A stretch of DNA of 52,100 nt. Source: Catajapyx aquilonaris. Lineage: Eukaryota. Of the stretch, positions 1 to 12,395 are shown in pieces. The position numbers and the translations under genes were made by a program. Each line of letters starts with the position of its first letter. The stretch's first letter is position 1. A model generated the notes under the pieces. That model was not told the origin of the DNA and did no database searches. It worked only from the letters and a program-made list of their open reading frames with translations. The DNA lies in contig KZ538711.1 of the NCBI GenBank assembly GCA_000934665.2, positions 1 through 52,100 of the forward strand. Direction: 5' to 3'.

Positions 1-92
1 TTCCGCTCTCCGTACGCCCCGCTCGCGCAAATCCGGGTTTGTAAAACGGGCATTTCGCCCCGCTTTCGCAACGCCGAGTTTGTGAAGCGGCC
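1..92. mobile_element. Right end of a probable PIF/Harbinger-type MITE (runs off window)
   Basis: Ends ...TTTGTGAAGCGGCC followed by TTAA; GGCC-type terminus next to TWA; left TIR not in window. Confidence 0.35.
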
Positions 93-119
93 TTAAGAGC
101 CCCCACTATACGGGTGCGC

Positions 120-2210
120 TAGTATTTCAGAATGGCCAAATCAGAGATACATGGTTTTTACATGAGGCTCCAAATACTGTCGTCAAAGGGGTGTGGAGGC
201 CCAAAACGGTTTGGGACCCCTGATTTACGCTATAATGTAAATGTAATACTGCAGAGGGGCACCCCTAAATGTGATCAAAGTACAATATATTAGCGCCTGT
301 AGATAGGCAACCACGCATCGGCGGAGCATATCCTTATGGAAAATGACCTAAATTGACCTGGACTAAAACATATCTCACACTCATCCACGGGTAAATTTTT
401 TCGTGCATAAGGTGATTAACTTCACCTGGAATGCTCTTGTGGGTTATCGCCTTTCCCCACCACTGCCGACCCCTCAAATGTTCTCAGCCCGTAAACTGCC
501 TGCACCTTCTGACAGGTGGGAATGTGAGGTTGAAGTCATCAGGGACAAAGAAAGAAATCATTGTCATATGAGCCACGGGTGCAGTCTTTGACTTTAACGT
601 AACAGGAAATGAGTGTCCTGCTGATGCGAGCTTGCTTGATCATGGACTTTCGACCCCCGACACGACGCCTAGGCCTTGAGCTGCCTTGCCGTGACATCAA
701 GGACACTCTCATATTATTATTATCACTCTTTATGGTACATTGTGTGGTCTCTACCTTGACCCTTGCTGACTCACTACATGTCCAAAAAGTTCAGATCGAA
801 TGAATATAGTGATTGAGCTACCTTTACAGTGTACTGGAACATGGCGGGGTTGTGTAACGTCGCGTCGGGTCGACAACGACACATGGTTGAACCCAGAATC
901 GAGTTAAATCCGGGTTAGACCCGTGTACATAACGATAATAATCAAACACGATCCAGAACCGGAGCCCAATTTTTCCTGGCAAAAACATCTCCGTGAGTTG
1001 TCCATGTCCCTCAGCCTCAGGCACACTTCGCTGAAGTCGAACCATACTTATAGGGTCCAACTCGATCCCTTTATGTGGGGTTGAACTGCCATTACATACA
1101 CCCTCTGAACCTAGGATTAACCACTTCTTGTTCAACAATGCCATTATGTATACGGACCTTAAGCCTATAATGTGGCATTAATTCTGCTCATTATTACAGG
1201 TGAGCTCTGATTCCTCACAATACCTTTGTGGACAAAGATGCGCCGACTGGCACCGTTCATCAGCGCAAAGCAAGACAAAAATTTCAGCTCAAAGTAGATA
1301 ATGCCCGTAATCTAACCCTATTGTAGACGAATGCTCGTCCCATTCTTGCGGGCGTTGCGAGGTCGGTTCAAGAACCTGGTGGCTTACATATTTCAGAACA
1401 CCTCCCCTTCCCACCGCAAATGCAAGATCCTCTCACGTTACATCTCTGTATATCACGTGCAATTTTAGACATAAATTCTTCTCGCCAATCTCGCCCGCAT
1501 GGTAACAGCGATGGAAACATAATCCCACGATAGTGCGTATAGTTCGAGCTGTGAGGAAATTTCCCAGTCACTGAGTCACTGAAGGCTACCTCGTATTTCC
1601 TCCCTCCCCCATATTAACCTCTCACTCACCACAAATTAAATTAATCCCAGGTCCCAGTCAGGCATACATTTTCCCGTAACCACGTAAATCGGTGGAAGTG
1701 GCAATAAATTGACAGGGCAGAAAATGACTTAGGACAGTTTAGAGCTGGTAACATCAACATTTCTGACTGTCAGTTAAACGGTAACCTAAACGGCGGAATG
1801 TAACCTGTAGTTTGTCAGCAACCAACTAGAAAACGTGGCGGAGGAATGAAATCCATAATTTAATAATTGCCTCTCCACGTAAAAACTATCACCAGTTACT
1901 TTTTTTAGACATCCCCATTACTAACCCTTCTAAAACTCACGTTCATCTTTGTTTGTCTCAGGCGTAAGAAGACACTGGCAAGATTGGTGCTGGCTGATGT
2001 GCTGCTTGTCGAACCTTCAGCCCTGGCCGATGCGGTGTCGCCTCAAGTCGTCACTTGTCACAACGACCGAACATTGACACTGCTGGGGATGGATTGCTTC
2101 CTTGCTTCGACTCAAATGCAAAACTACGCAATGGCGGCAAAGGCACGAGTACTGCTGACTGCCAACAGAGGCACTGCTACCCTTGCCTTAACTCAGCAGT
2201 CCTCCGCAAC
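120..2210 (-). pseudogene. Decayed locus of unknown family, copy 1 (inverted paralog of ~14230-16000)
   Basis: 1930-2027 aligns without gaps to the reverse complement of 14423-14520 (~12 mismatches in 98 nt by eye). 1201-1330 matches revcomp 15240-15370. Weaker matches near 510-545 and 125-200. Many stops and frameshifts. Confidence 0.45.
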
Positions 2211-2229
2211 TCATACGATACGGTAGGTG

Positions 2230-3970
2230 AGAGAGAGGCCTGGAGAGGCGCTCGCTGGCGCATGCCCACAGGGATGTTGTGGTTGGGCGGCCGCTCGCGG
2301 ATGCCTGAACGTTGAACCAATCCGAACCATTCTTCTACATTCAAAGTGGAGTACAAGCCTCGGCTCTTCTTCAGGGGACAATGCATCGCCATGAATGATA
2401 CTGTAAGGGTCCTTGGATTGCACATTGACGAGAAGCTGTCCTGGTTCCACCATGTTAAGAGGACGGCAGCGAAGGTGCGTGGAGTGTCATCTCGGCTGTG
2501 GAGCGTGGCGGGACAACGTTGGGGCCTGGCGCCGAGGAGCAGACTCCGTATCTTGTCATCAGCGGTGTTGCCAATGCTTCTCTTCGGAGCTGAAGTTTGG
2601 GGTCACCGCACACAAGTGAAAGCGATTAGGAGACATCTAATGGCAGCTCTCCGCCCATTCCTGCTGTCTGCAACGAGGACGTACAGGACGACGCCTGGCC
2701 CTCTCCTCTGTGTACTAAGCGGGACCATGCCACCAGCGCTGCAAGCAAAAGCCATCTGGGAGGCGAGGCAGGGGCTTCACTCTGAGACTGGGGCAGGCCT
2801 GTCCCGGTTCGGGACTCGCCACCACCCTGGGAATGGCAAAGGCCCAACATCGGCTCTTGGATGGAGGCGCCGACTGGAGTGGACCTTCTGCTCTTTACTG
2901 ACGGATCGGTCATGTGGTCTAAAGCCGGAGGAGCCGTAGTCGTGATGGATGGACAACAAGAGGTCTACTGCGAGAATATCCCCTTTCAAGCACCTGCCGG
3001 TATCTTTGATGTGGAGCTGGCCATGATTGTCAGGGCCTGGAGATCGCTGTCTTCTCTGCGCCGAGACACTCCGCCTGGGTCATCTCGGATTCGAAGTCGG
3101 CGCTTCAAGCGGTGGTGAACCCGCACTCCACCAATGGACGGGCCCGGTATGCACGCAGACTGATGCGAGACTCTCATCAGGACATCAGCCTTGAAAGCTC
3201 ATCAAGGTACACCTGGTAATGAGATGGCCGATCAGGAAGCTAAGAAGGCAGCACAGCTTACTGTGGGTCGACACTTCTTGCCTGTGTCGTCTCACCACAT
3301 TAGAAGACGAACCTTTGATTCTCAGATGGAGGCCTGGCAGCAGGGTTGGGAGATGTGGAGAGAATTTTGGTATTTCGGATTCCTTCCGGAGGTGTCGACG
3401 AATCGCCACGTCCACGGGCACCTGGCCAGGCTTATATCCGGGCATGGACCTTATCGGAACTACCTTCATCGCTTCCATTTGGGAGGAGATCATGTGGGGG
3501 ATGCATCAGAAGACAACGGAGATGGTGGGGATCACATAATAGATGATAACCAGAATGATTCTGATGATGCGCGGTGCCAGTATGGAGACGGAGTTCAGAC
3601 TGCAGCTCATATCATCTGGAGCTGCAATATCCCAGAAATAGCAGCTGCCCGGGGAGAGCTTCGCCAGACATCTGTTTCTAGAGGATTAGGATGGCCCTGT
3701 TCGAAGAGGGCTCTGGTGGAAGATTTGCTGCCTGAGTTCAATCGTTTCTGTCTGGCAGTGGACCGAAAGTTGTCACACCTCAATGCAGGAAGAGGCTGGA
3801 GTAAGCTACGGGAGGTGCCGTCTGATGCCAACCCAAAGAAGCAGAGGAAGAAGAAGAGTAGGCTACACGGGGTATAGACCAGATCTAATCCAGAGAAGAA
3901 GACACGTGAATAAGTTTGAGTGTGCATAATGTGAATTGGAATATTAATTTGACTATTTATTGAATAAAGC
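2230..3970 (+). mobile_element. 5'-truncated, degenerate non-LTR retrotransposon (R1/LOA/I-group-like): RT C-terminus, RNase H, CCHC region
   Basis: RT thumb region VRVLGLHIDEKLSWFHHV...WGLAP...VLPMLLFGAEVWG (2346-2800). RNase H motifs FTDGS, ELAMI, ISDSKSALQAV (shifted frame), KAHQGTPGNEMADQEAKKAA. C-terminal HGPYRNYLHRF...CQYG...TAAHIIWSC. Several frameshifts; AATAAA near 3963. Boundaries approximate. Confidence 0.9.
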
Positions 3971-4884
3971 ATGGTGATAGGTGCAGGGCCTGTCTAGGCT
4001 AGTCACCTTAAACCTCTCGACAGTATGTTGGTGATTAACTGATTACAATCTGGCCTCAAGAGGTAGCTACCTAATGTCGAATATATGACTTGAGCTGCGA
4101 AGATTAAATCGCTGATAAAAATGGCGATGCTGCTGCTGAAGCTAGGCGCTCATCTGATAAGTTTTATTTTTTCCTCATATTTAGAGTGCGATCAATGCAG
4201 CGAATGTTCTGGTATTCACAAGGAATAATGTACATTGGGAAATACGAAAAGATGTGTCTGTGACAATCTTTGTTGCTGTAGACTGTAGAGAACTGGTAAT
4301 TTTCTTTTCTTCCTGAGACCAAATGTCCATTTAAATGGACATACGAAAAAAGTTTTTTTTTAGCTGAATCGGCTGTGACTTTTCTTTAAACTAGAGTTCA
4401 GTTTTAAAATCAAGAATAGCGAGGTACCATGCTAAGAGGTCAGAAGGGAAGGAGAAAGGCCCATGCCTGGAGTGGTGGCCTTTCAAATAATTTCATATTT
4501 ATCTTTAATTGTCTTCTGAGAGGATTTGCTACCATGAATTCCACAAATGAATGTAAAAAACATTGTTTGGAGGTTAGAGCACGATGTGATGGATCAATGG
4601 AGTGGCAATTAACTTTTCAACATGTATTCGTTCTGCTTTTGTAGCAGCAATTGAGTGTTCTTTTTTTAGCCAGATTGCCTAGCCCTAGAACCACATGAGT
4701 TCCTAATCGTAAGCAAGGCTTTTTCTACACCAGGTTCCTCAGTCAGAAGGGTTCCAGAAGGGCTTGGCACGCTTCCGATGGACGCCGCTGAAGGCGCTGA
4801 TCCCAGCCACGGGGGGAAACGGCCGCTCACCGCTATGCATATGCTTACGTTTTTATTTAATATTTGCATGCAAAATATGTATAT

Positions 4885-5043
4885 GTTGAATCCGGATATA
4901 ACATCCTCGGCCACAACAGATCCTTGGTTATAGCAGACCGGTCCCGCCATCCTTAAGTACTCTATGGCCTGTGTATTTAGCTATAAGAGACTCGGTTTGG
5001 ACAGACTGATTTGCGCGGTTTTTTGATATCCGAGTCTACTGTA
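4885..5043. mobile_element. Degenerate pogo/Tigger-like MITE (family shared with 11015-11176 and 32128-32303)
   Basis: GTTGAATCCGGATATAACA...GATATCCGAGTCTACTG-TA; internal similarity to the 32128 copy. Confidence 0.5.
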
Positions 5044-5122
5044 GCTTTTTTCGGGCAATTATTATTAAAGACGGTTATTGGAAAGATCATCCCCCAAAAG
5101 GCCCAAGGAGCCATATTGTATC

Positions 5123-5197
<75 letters not shown>
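5123..5197. repeat. (AAT)25 microsatellite between two convergent SINE tails
   Basis: Read directly. Left flank 5062-5122 is a decayed family-C SINE tail; right flank is the tail of the minus-strand SINE. Confidence 0.95.
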
Positions 5198-5510
5198 TTT
5201 TTTTATTTTTATTTTTTATCACCCCGTGATGTCCCTTACGGGAGCTATAGGGGGGTGGCATACCACCATCAGTTTTCCGTATTTCTTCAATCTCCGTGCA
5301 AGGACTTGTTCAGGATATAGGGTAGGGAAAGGGAGTGTTGGGGAGGGGACACTTGTGCAGGTGCATTGTCCTAGCCTTTGGGCCATGTGAAGTCCCCCAG
5401 GAGGTTAGGTTGCCAGACACCTCCTTGGTGCAGGTCAGAGACCCTCCCGACGCAGGTGAAAGGAAGTTCCCCAGGCGGGGATCGAACCTGGGGCCTTTCA
5501 CCACAATCCA
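5198..5510 (-). mobile_element. tRNA-derived SINE, family A (head incomplete)
   Basis: Minus strand: B-box GGTTCGATCC, GACAATGCACCTGCAC..CCCCTCC module, 3' stem-loop, A-rich and (TTA)n tail. Confidence 0.75.
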
Positions 5511-5990
5511 CGTATAAGATGTGATACATTTAAGGTGGAAATGAAGCGACTTGCTAATCAAATGAGAGTCTAGAATTGGAATGTTAATAAGAAGGGCTAA
5601 AATCAGGGAAACATATATACGCAACCGATGCAGCAGGAAATGCTGTTCAATCCTATGCATTCCATTCGAATCTGCGTTTTAAACTCGATTTAATATGGGC
5701 CCATTGCCGGCTGCAAGTTTTTGTGCGCAGGCGCAATTTTCACGACTGCCAACTTAAACATGGTATTTGGAGGTGTGCTTAATATTTGTTATTTTTGATG
5801 GAAATCGATTTTATTCGGTCGTAATTACGAGGTCCCAATTTGTCATGGCATTTTTAAAAGTTTAGTTCCGAAAGGGGAGCCTGTAGCTCTTCATTTGTGT
5901 CGGATTTGGAACACGTTCAGTTGGTACGCGTGTGACAGATAGAAGCGGCAACGCAGCAAAGGTCCGGGCCAATTATCGCGTAGCAGTATG

Positions 5991-6295
5991 TGACGTCATT
6001 GCCGGGTGGATTCGAATCATTCGATTATTATATTATAATTATAACTATATAAACTAATATAACGGTTCTGATGTCTGACAAAGACCCCCGCCAAACGAAA
6101 ATTTTGTGTGAGCCATTGTAAAAAGCATCATACTAACTTGTACTCATATTTCGCGGTCGTATGCAACCGTATCTCGCTACCGTAAACAACGCTGTGTTGC
6201 CACGTCCTCACTCGAGTGGAGAAATGTGACGTCACTGGATCATTTTCGGATTGTTTTTCAGCGATACAAATTGAAAGAGCACGGTGAGGTAGGTT
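5991..6295 (+). promoter_or_regulatory. Candidate promoter and first non-coding exon of the downstream gene
   Basis: CpG-rich, with two TGACGTCA (CRE) palindromes at 5991 and 6227 and a donor-like GAG|GTAGGT near 6288. The same octamer also occurs inside MITEs in this window, so support is weak. Confidence 0.3.
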
Positions 6296-6837
6296 TTTCT
6301 TTTTGCGGTTACGATCAGTATATAATTCCCGACATATTCCACATTAAATTTTAAAATTCTCATTTACTTATGATTTTTTTGTGGACTATTGAAAATTCTG
6401 CCATAAGGGCCCATGTTAAATTTATTGCGAACTTCTGAGCCCTGCAGTTCGCTAATTTGCACGGTGACGTGTATTTTTCTTTGCACCATTGATAAGAGGA
6501 CACAAAACTGCGTAACATATGTTTTTTTCATAAAATTCTCATTGAGTGACTCTAGCTTCATTTCCACCGATATATACGATATATATGTACAGTATAATAT
6601 GTCCATATACCGGTATTTATGCGCAGCATTAGATAAGAAGTGATTTTCCAATATATATGTTTTGCGTTGTTGAAATATTGATGACCTGATACGGCAGACG
6701 GCATGCAGAATTGCAGATTTCAGTGAAGTGAAGGATGGTGCAGTACCAATTTGGCACTTTCCCATTTCTATAGGATTTGTGCTGTAACAGACGTCTTGAG
6801 TCTTTTGAGAATGTCATTTGGCCCACTTCACTGTCAT

Positions 6838-6884
<47 letters not shown>

Positions 6885-6885
6885 C
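6838..6885. repeat. (AAC)16 microsatellite
   Basis: Read directly. Confidence 0.95.
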
Positions 6886-7119
6886 GGATATCCCATGATA
6901 GGCCCCCTCATTGTACCTTTTTATTAGGGGAACGAACATGAGGTGTTCGGTCAGTGATGATGGAGACCATCGCAGGTGTACTTATTTTTGCCAGTGTAAT
7001 GAGATGTTATACTGGTTTGGGCCTTCCCAGATACATCATTCAAGTCGCTGGCTGACCGGAGAGTAATCAATTTTTTAAACTCTTACAGTCATAACTGTAT
7101 ACTAACATAGCCCTGCTAT

Positions 7120-7243
7120 AACCGTGACAATTTGGCGTACCCCGGGACAAATGGGTATCCCGAATGACCCCTGAAAGAATCCGGGACAATGGGTGAAAAT
7201 TCCGGGCAGTCCCGGATAATCCGGGACGTCTGGTTACCATTAT
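7120..7243. mobile_element. hAT-like MITE end fragment
   Basis: Repeated CCGGGAC subterminal motifs ending CCGGGACGTCTGGTTACC. Confidence 0.4.
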
Positions 7244-8219
7244 TATGTACGATTATGAGAATAATGTCGGGCCCTATCCTATATGAAACACCTGTTTGTA
7301 TTCACAGCTCCCCCCGCGGCTGTGTACAGAGCCATCTGTCGGCGTGACGGATTACAGTGCCAAACGATTTACATTAGGTGGCGAAACCTGGTGTAGAAAA
7401 AAGCCTTGCCGTAAGCCCGTAAGGCATTATGGTTGGAATATCACCACTCTTCTTATGTGGGCTACTTTTGTGATACATGCGTTTAGGCCTACTTTCTTAC
7501 TACCTGTAGCAAGTAAAGCTTACTCCAAGCTTCCTTGTAAGGTAATCTTGAGTAGGTAAGCAAGTAAGCTGCAAGTAAGCTGACTGCTATATTATAGCCA
7601 TGATATTAGCTACTTTTGTGCTCTTGCTCTAATACATTTGCTTCAGTTGCTTCTATTTTAAGATTTCTTACATGTCGGTTACTTTATTATAAAAATGACA
7701 TTGATTTAGTGTGCTACAATCTGCTTTGAGATATAGGCGAGGATATAGGCCTATATTATTTTGTCCCATGACTATTATGTTGGCACCTTGGTTGGCACCC
7801 CTTCTCCTTCTCCCCCAACTCCCCCATTCCGCCATTTTCTTTTTTTGGTCGAGTCTTGTGTCGGGGCCTCGGGGCGCTTCGGTCCTCTGAGACATCACAC
7901 GGGGAGAGGCCCACCGGCCCTTGCGACGAGACATCGTCCCGATCAGAGAAGAAGACTTCATAGGCGCTGCCCACCCTGCCCCCACAGAGGGCCAGGATTG
8001 GATTATTGTGGTGATTGCATCAGATTGCATGATGGGGATTGGGTGGGATGGGGGGAAATAATGGGCGCTGAGTTGCACCCACATCGGCACAGAACACTTC
8101 TCTTCTTCTCTTCCACATTCCTCCTGCTCATACAGTATTCTAAACTCCTCTTTGCAAGCCCAAGGTTCATCATGTATATGTATTGTACATTTCAGTGCAA
8201 TCTACTGAGAAGTGGCGGG

Positions 8220-8850
8220 ATGGCAGAAACTCCAATGACTCCTGTCATAAATGCGCGCCGGCGCCTGAACTTCGAGATGAGCCCTGATGACATCCAGGCA
8301 GCAGAGGAGGAGGAAAAGCCAGAACTGCCCAGGCGGAGAAGGCGGGAGAGACGCCTATGTTTCGAGACGGAAGAAGAAAAGCAGGCAGCACTCGAGGAAG
8401 ACATGAAACTGCAGCAGGCACCTCGTGGTCTCTCAGAGCAACCTCTGTTACTGGTGAGTGCATCTTGTCGCAGTTCCTTTCACCATTATAACTGGTCCTG
8501 CACAAGTACATGTGTCAAGGGAAAGTTGCTTTTGCATAGGCTATGCAGCCCTTCTGCAGGCTGCAGTAATAACTAATTAGCTACACTAATCAGGCCAGCA
8601 CAATTGAGTGGTCACCACAGAATTCCGTTGCATTCCACATATATTTCCAAGTCATTGCCTCACCAGCAGAAATGCTATCACAATATTATCATCCTTCTGC
8701 TTTTTATTATGAACGTATTATTTGTCGAATTTCTTTCATCGCCCAAGTCTATATCTCATTCTATCCATATGTGACCATTACATCTCCCCTGAAATTTCCT
8801 TCATGAGATTCCCATATGCATTCTCCTCTCCTTTAATTCCCACGTCAGTT

Positions 8851-8920
<70 letters not shown>

Positions 8921-10246
8921 CCTCAAGGTCTGCTGACCCTTACACCTGCCTCCTTTAGCCAAATAGGCCTATACATGTTTTGTAATATATTATGCATGGA
9001 GGAAGAACTAAACTGAAAATATAAGATTCAGTCCTGACATTATGGTTCTGGTTTTATTTTTGTCAATTCAAGCTGATAATATCTCTCTCGTGTGTTTTCC
9101 AGTCAACCAGCCCAAATGTGCAGTCAGGTGAAGAAGAACCTGAACCCGAAGAAGGTCCCAACCTGCACATGTTGCCTATGCAACGCAGGGGGCTGTGGTG
9201 CAGAGTAGTGGTGAATCCGGTCAGTGCATGGTGTGATTCATGTCACAATACTTGTTACCATTACATCCATCCATAGACAATAAGTAGGCCTACTGTGTGC
9301 AGAGGAACAATGCACAGAAAGAGGAATTTTGTTGCACATATTCACCTCTACAAGCTGCAGTAATTGTGCATATTTTATTTAGGCCCATCGCGACCTACCA
9401 TAATATTCAAGTGTCATTGTTAGCATTTATCTTATCTGTAAACTTCTAATTGAGTTGGTCAGTGCCACACATCCCCCCCCCCCTCCAGTGCCTACATTAG
9501 CTTGGCTTGTTTTATTGCAATCAATAAATTCCTCAGTCTGTTCCTAACATAACTGCTACAACATAATTATCTCTCACGCTACAATTATTCCGTCACACTC
9601 TCTGCTTTCTACACATTCTGCTGTTCTTTCCACCACCCGTACGCATATTCTAGTTCAAGGGCACTTCGTTGTGTGTTCCCTACACACCGTTAATGGCATA
9701 TGTGCAACTTGCTTGTCATTGTAGTCACACCTTCGAGTGCCCCTGCTCAGGGGAATAGCTCCGGGAGAGCCTCAACTAGTCAACCAGTCTGCTGAGAAGG
9801 AGGAGGGCGAGACATATCGTTTCAAAGAAGAGGTGTGTGCCATAATTATAATTATGCTTCAGTATATATTTTTTTCTCCATGACATACCCTTTCAGTTCA
9901 AGTGTGAGTGAACGTGGTTCATGTTTTTTCACATATCCAATACATTTGTGCTTTCCAGTGCTGCGTTTATCGAGGTCCTGAGCTCAACACCCCAGATATC
10001 AACTATATGGTGTCCCGTCTGTTCAACCAGCTCAAGCACAAGCCAGAAGGGATGACCGTGCCAGAAGCACTGGAGCTCCTGCACTCCTATCCACACATGC
10101 TCAAGAAATTCCCCCTCCCTCCTCACCTGAATAATGAGGGCATGCTCATCTACTACTTGCAGCGAACCAATTTTCAGCTGCTGACAGTGGGGGAAGATTC
10201 CAGGATCCGCACCAAGGCACAGCATAGGGCCTACTTCAAGCTGTGA
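8220..10246 (+). CDS. Uncharacterised ~248-aa protein; exons 8220-8453, 9103-9219, 9725-9832, 9959-10246; duplicated RxLxF motifs and a winged-helix/LOTUS-like C-terminal domain
   Basis: Four phase-0 exons join in frame with GT-AG sites (CTG|GTGAGT, TTTCCAG|, CCG|GTCAGT, TTGTAG|, GAG|GTGTGT, TTTCCAG|). Coding-like composition; AATAAA near 10425. The N-terminus may extend further upstream. Confidence 0.6.
8855..8918. repeat. (TC)n microsatellite, intronic
   Basis: Read directly. Confidence 0.95.
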
Positions 10247-10741
10247 CTGGCTGGCATATTGTTGCTTTTAAAAATCAGTTTCTTCCTTAAGTTAATCTTA
10301 AATTGATACCGCAGTTCATGAGAAACTCGATTGTTTTCATATGTGGGTGTGGGTGTTTTTTTTGGTTTTTGGTTTTTTTTTTATAGAGTTTTTGATGCTT
10401 ATCCAGATAAAGTACTGCTCACCAAATAAATGCTAGTCACCAATGGTTTTGAAATCATTTCCCTCAACAGGTACAGTCTTGGCTACAGTAGATGATCTAG
10501 AAATAAAAAAGAGAGTATATTGTATAACTTTTCAAATGGAGCCAGTGTTCTATAGTAGCTAGTAGAAATAATAGCTCCTGTACGTATCATTACTAGTAAT
10601 GATAGGTACATGAGCTATCTGGCAGCAGTGGCCTTTTTAGCCCCATTTACATACACAACCTTACACAGTGGCACATTTAATGAATGATATAGAAGTGATA
10701 TTTTTAAAATCATGGGAGCATGGTTTTCCCATTCAACATGT

Positions 10742-11636
10742 GAGGCGCTTAGAACAAAAGTGGCCCAAGCAAGTCCAAAAAGCTGTAGTTGGGATAATTC
10801 ACCTGCAAGTTTGGAAAGTCATAGAAAAAACTGAAATCATAAGTTATGTCTGGATCCATATTATGTCAGATTGGCAATCATTACAGTGCAGTCTTTTTTA
10901 GATGTATTGCTACTGTTACAGAAAAACGGATTCATTGATAAAAAATCATATGTGACTTACACCAAATGATCCTACAGAATCATGGACTTACACCATTGTT
11001 GACTGGGTGTAATACAATTGAATCCAGACATAATAGATTTCAAGGGACCGCGGAAATCAGTATTGTTATAACCTAGGTCTGTTATGGCCGAATACACAAA
11101 CCATAATTATGGAAATATGCCGGGACTGTCCTTTCGAGTCTGTTATAGCCGATGCTGTTATATCTGGTCTCAACTGTATTTATAAAATTTCCTTTGATCA
11201 GTCCTCAATTTTAACAAAAATGATTTTAGTAAAAACTAATTCCATTAAAAAATTCAAGAAAAAATTTAAGAGAAGGAAATTTTCAGCAAATATTAAAAAT
11301 GGGCAAAGTCACAACATAATTTTTAACATGGCAAAACTGACAGCCACACACTTATTATTATTTTGTCATGCACAATATTATTTTGTCCATAGAGGTGTCC
11401 CCAGAAATATCGCTTGGATCTTTAACAGCTGGTATGGGACTTACGCCAGGATTGCTCCAAGGGTAGGCTACTCTCCTTGGAGCATTAATGACATTATGTT
11501 ATTTACTGCCCAAATATCCAACTTAGGACTTATACAATTTTTAACCAACTTGGAGTAGTTCTCTGATCGCGATGGCAGTCCTATATCGAAAATCGCATTT
11601 TTGGACTTGGCCGGCCACTTTTGTTCTAAGCGCCTC
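10742..11636. mobile_element. Non-autonomous DNA transposon, Sola-like
   Basis: TIR GAGGCGCTTAGAACAAAAGTGGCC at both ends; 4-bp TSD ATGT (10738-10741, 11637-11640). A GAG terminus with a 4-bp TSD fits Sola. Confidence 0.75.
11015..11176. mobile_element. pogo/Tigger-like MITE nested in the Sola-like element
   Basis: TA-CAATTGAATCCAGA...TCTGGTCTCAACTG-TA; inverted homolog at 32128-32303. Confidence 0.7.
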
Positions 11637-12395
11637 ATGTAAAACCTAGCCTTATCCCAATTACACACACTAACGTTCAGTGACCTTTGAGGAATGGCCA
11701 GTAGGCCTACCAATAATGTGATCAGTGAATATCAATAGAATATTCATCACTGGACCTTGGATTTATATTATGGCCTTTACATTGTAAAGTTAATACATGG
11801 CAGTGGACCTGCATAATACTCGTCCCAGGGAACAAGTTCAAATGATTAAATGAGAATCAGACCAAGCACAGGTTTCAGAATGTCAAATACTGAGGGCAAT
11901 GCCAATGTATAGAGATATGATGTACACTGAACATTTTTTCGTGTGTTACTCTGGGAGAGGGAATACCCACGAATACCTCTACACAAAATAAGTGCTGTAG
12001 CATGTGATATGCTGCGTACCTATTCAACCTGCTAAACCTAACCTTGGGGTAGTCTTGGGGGTAGTCCAGTAGTGGCACTCGACTGAAAGTGAATGGAAAC
12101 TTCTCCTTGCCTATCTTTACGTGATCCTATAGATCCCTTAAACCTCCCTGTCCTTATTAATTACTGAGAAGTCACTTCAGCAATGATTATGCATCTCAGC
12201 AACAGAATTTGAATAGCTGAGACAGCCAGACTTCATCATGAACTACAAGATACATGCACTTAATGTTAGTGACTCCAGTTATTCAAAGTAAAAATAACAC
12301 TCCGCAAAATGGTACCTTGAACTCTTGAAAATCTTAGACCTTGAAACCTTAGAGGCTTAGACCTTTGTTACCATTTCAAAACTTAAATCATCTAG

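Noticed and set aside
1962..2226. ADVLLVEPS as the APE endonuclease of the adjacent LINE
   Set aside because: The segment is homologous to 14230-14520, which has no LINE next to it; other APE motifs are absent.
4760..4835. GC-rich segment as an HDV-like ribozyme
   Set aside because: Could not assemble the nested P1-P4 pseudoknot by eye on either strand.
5078..5320. Poly-N, poly-I and poly-SL ORFs (also 45352, 8722)
   Set aside because: Translations of microsatellites and SINE tails.
7761..8195. 5' part of the 271-aa ORF as real coding sequence
   Set aside because: Non-ATG start, low-complexity content and a clear acceptor at 8195; probably read-through of intron or UTR, although an upstream exon near 7890-8010 is possible.
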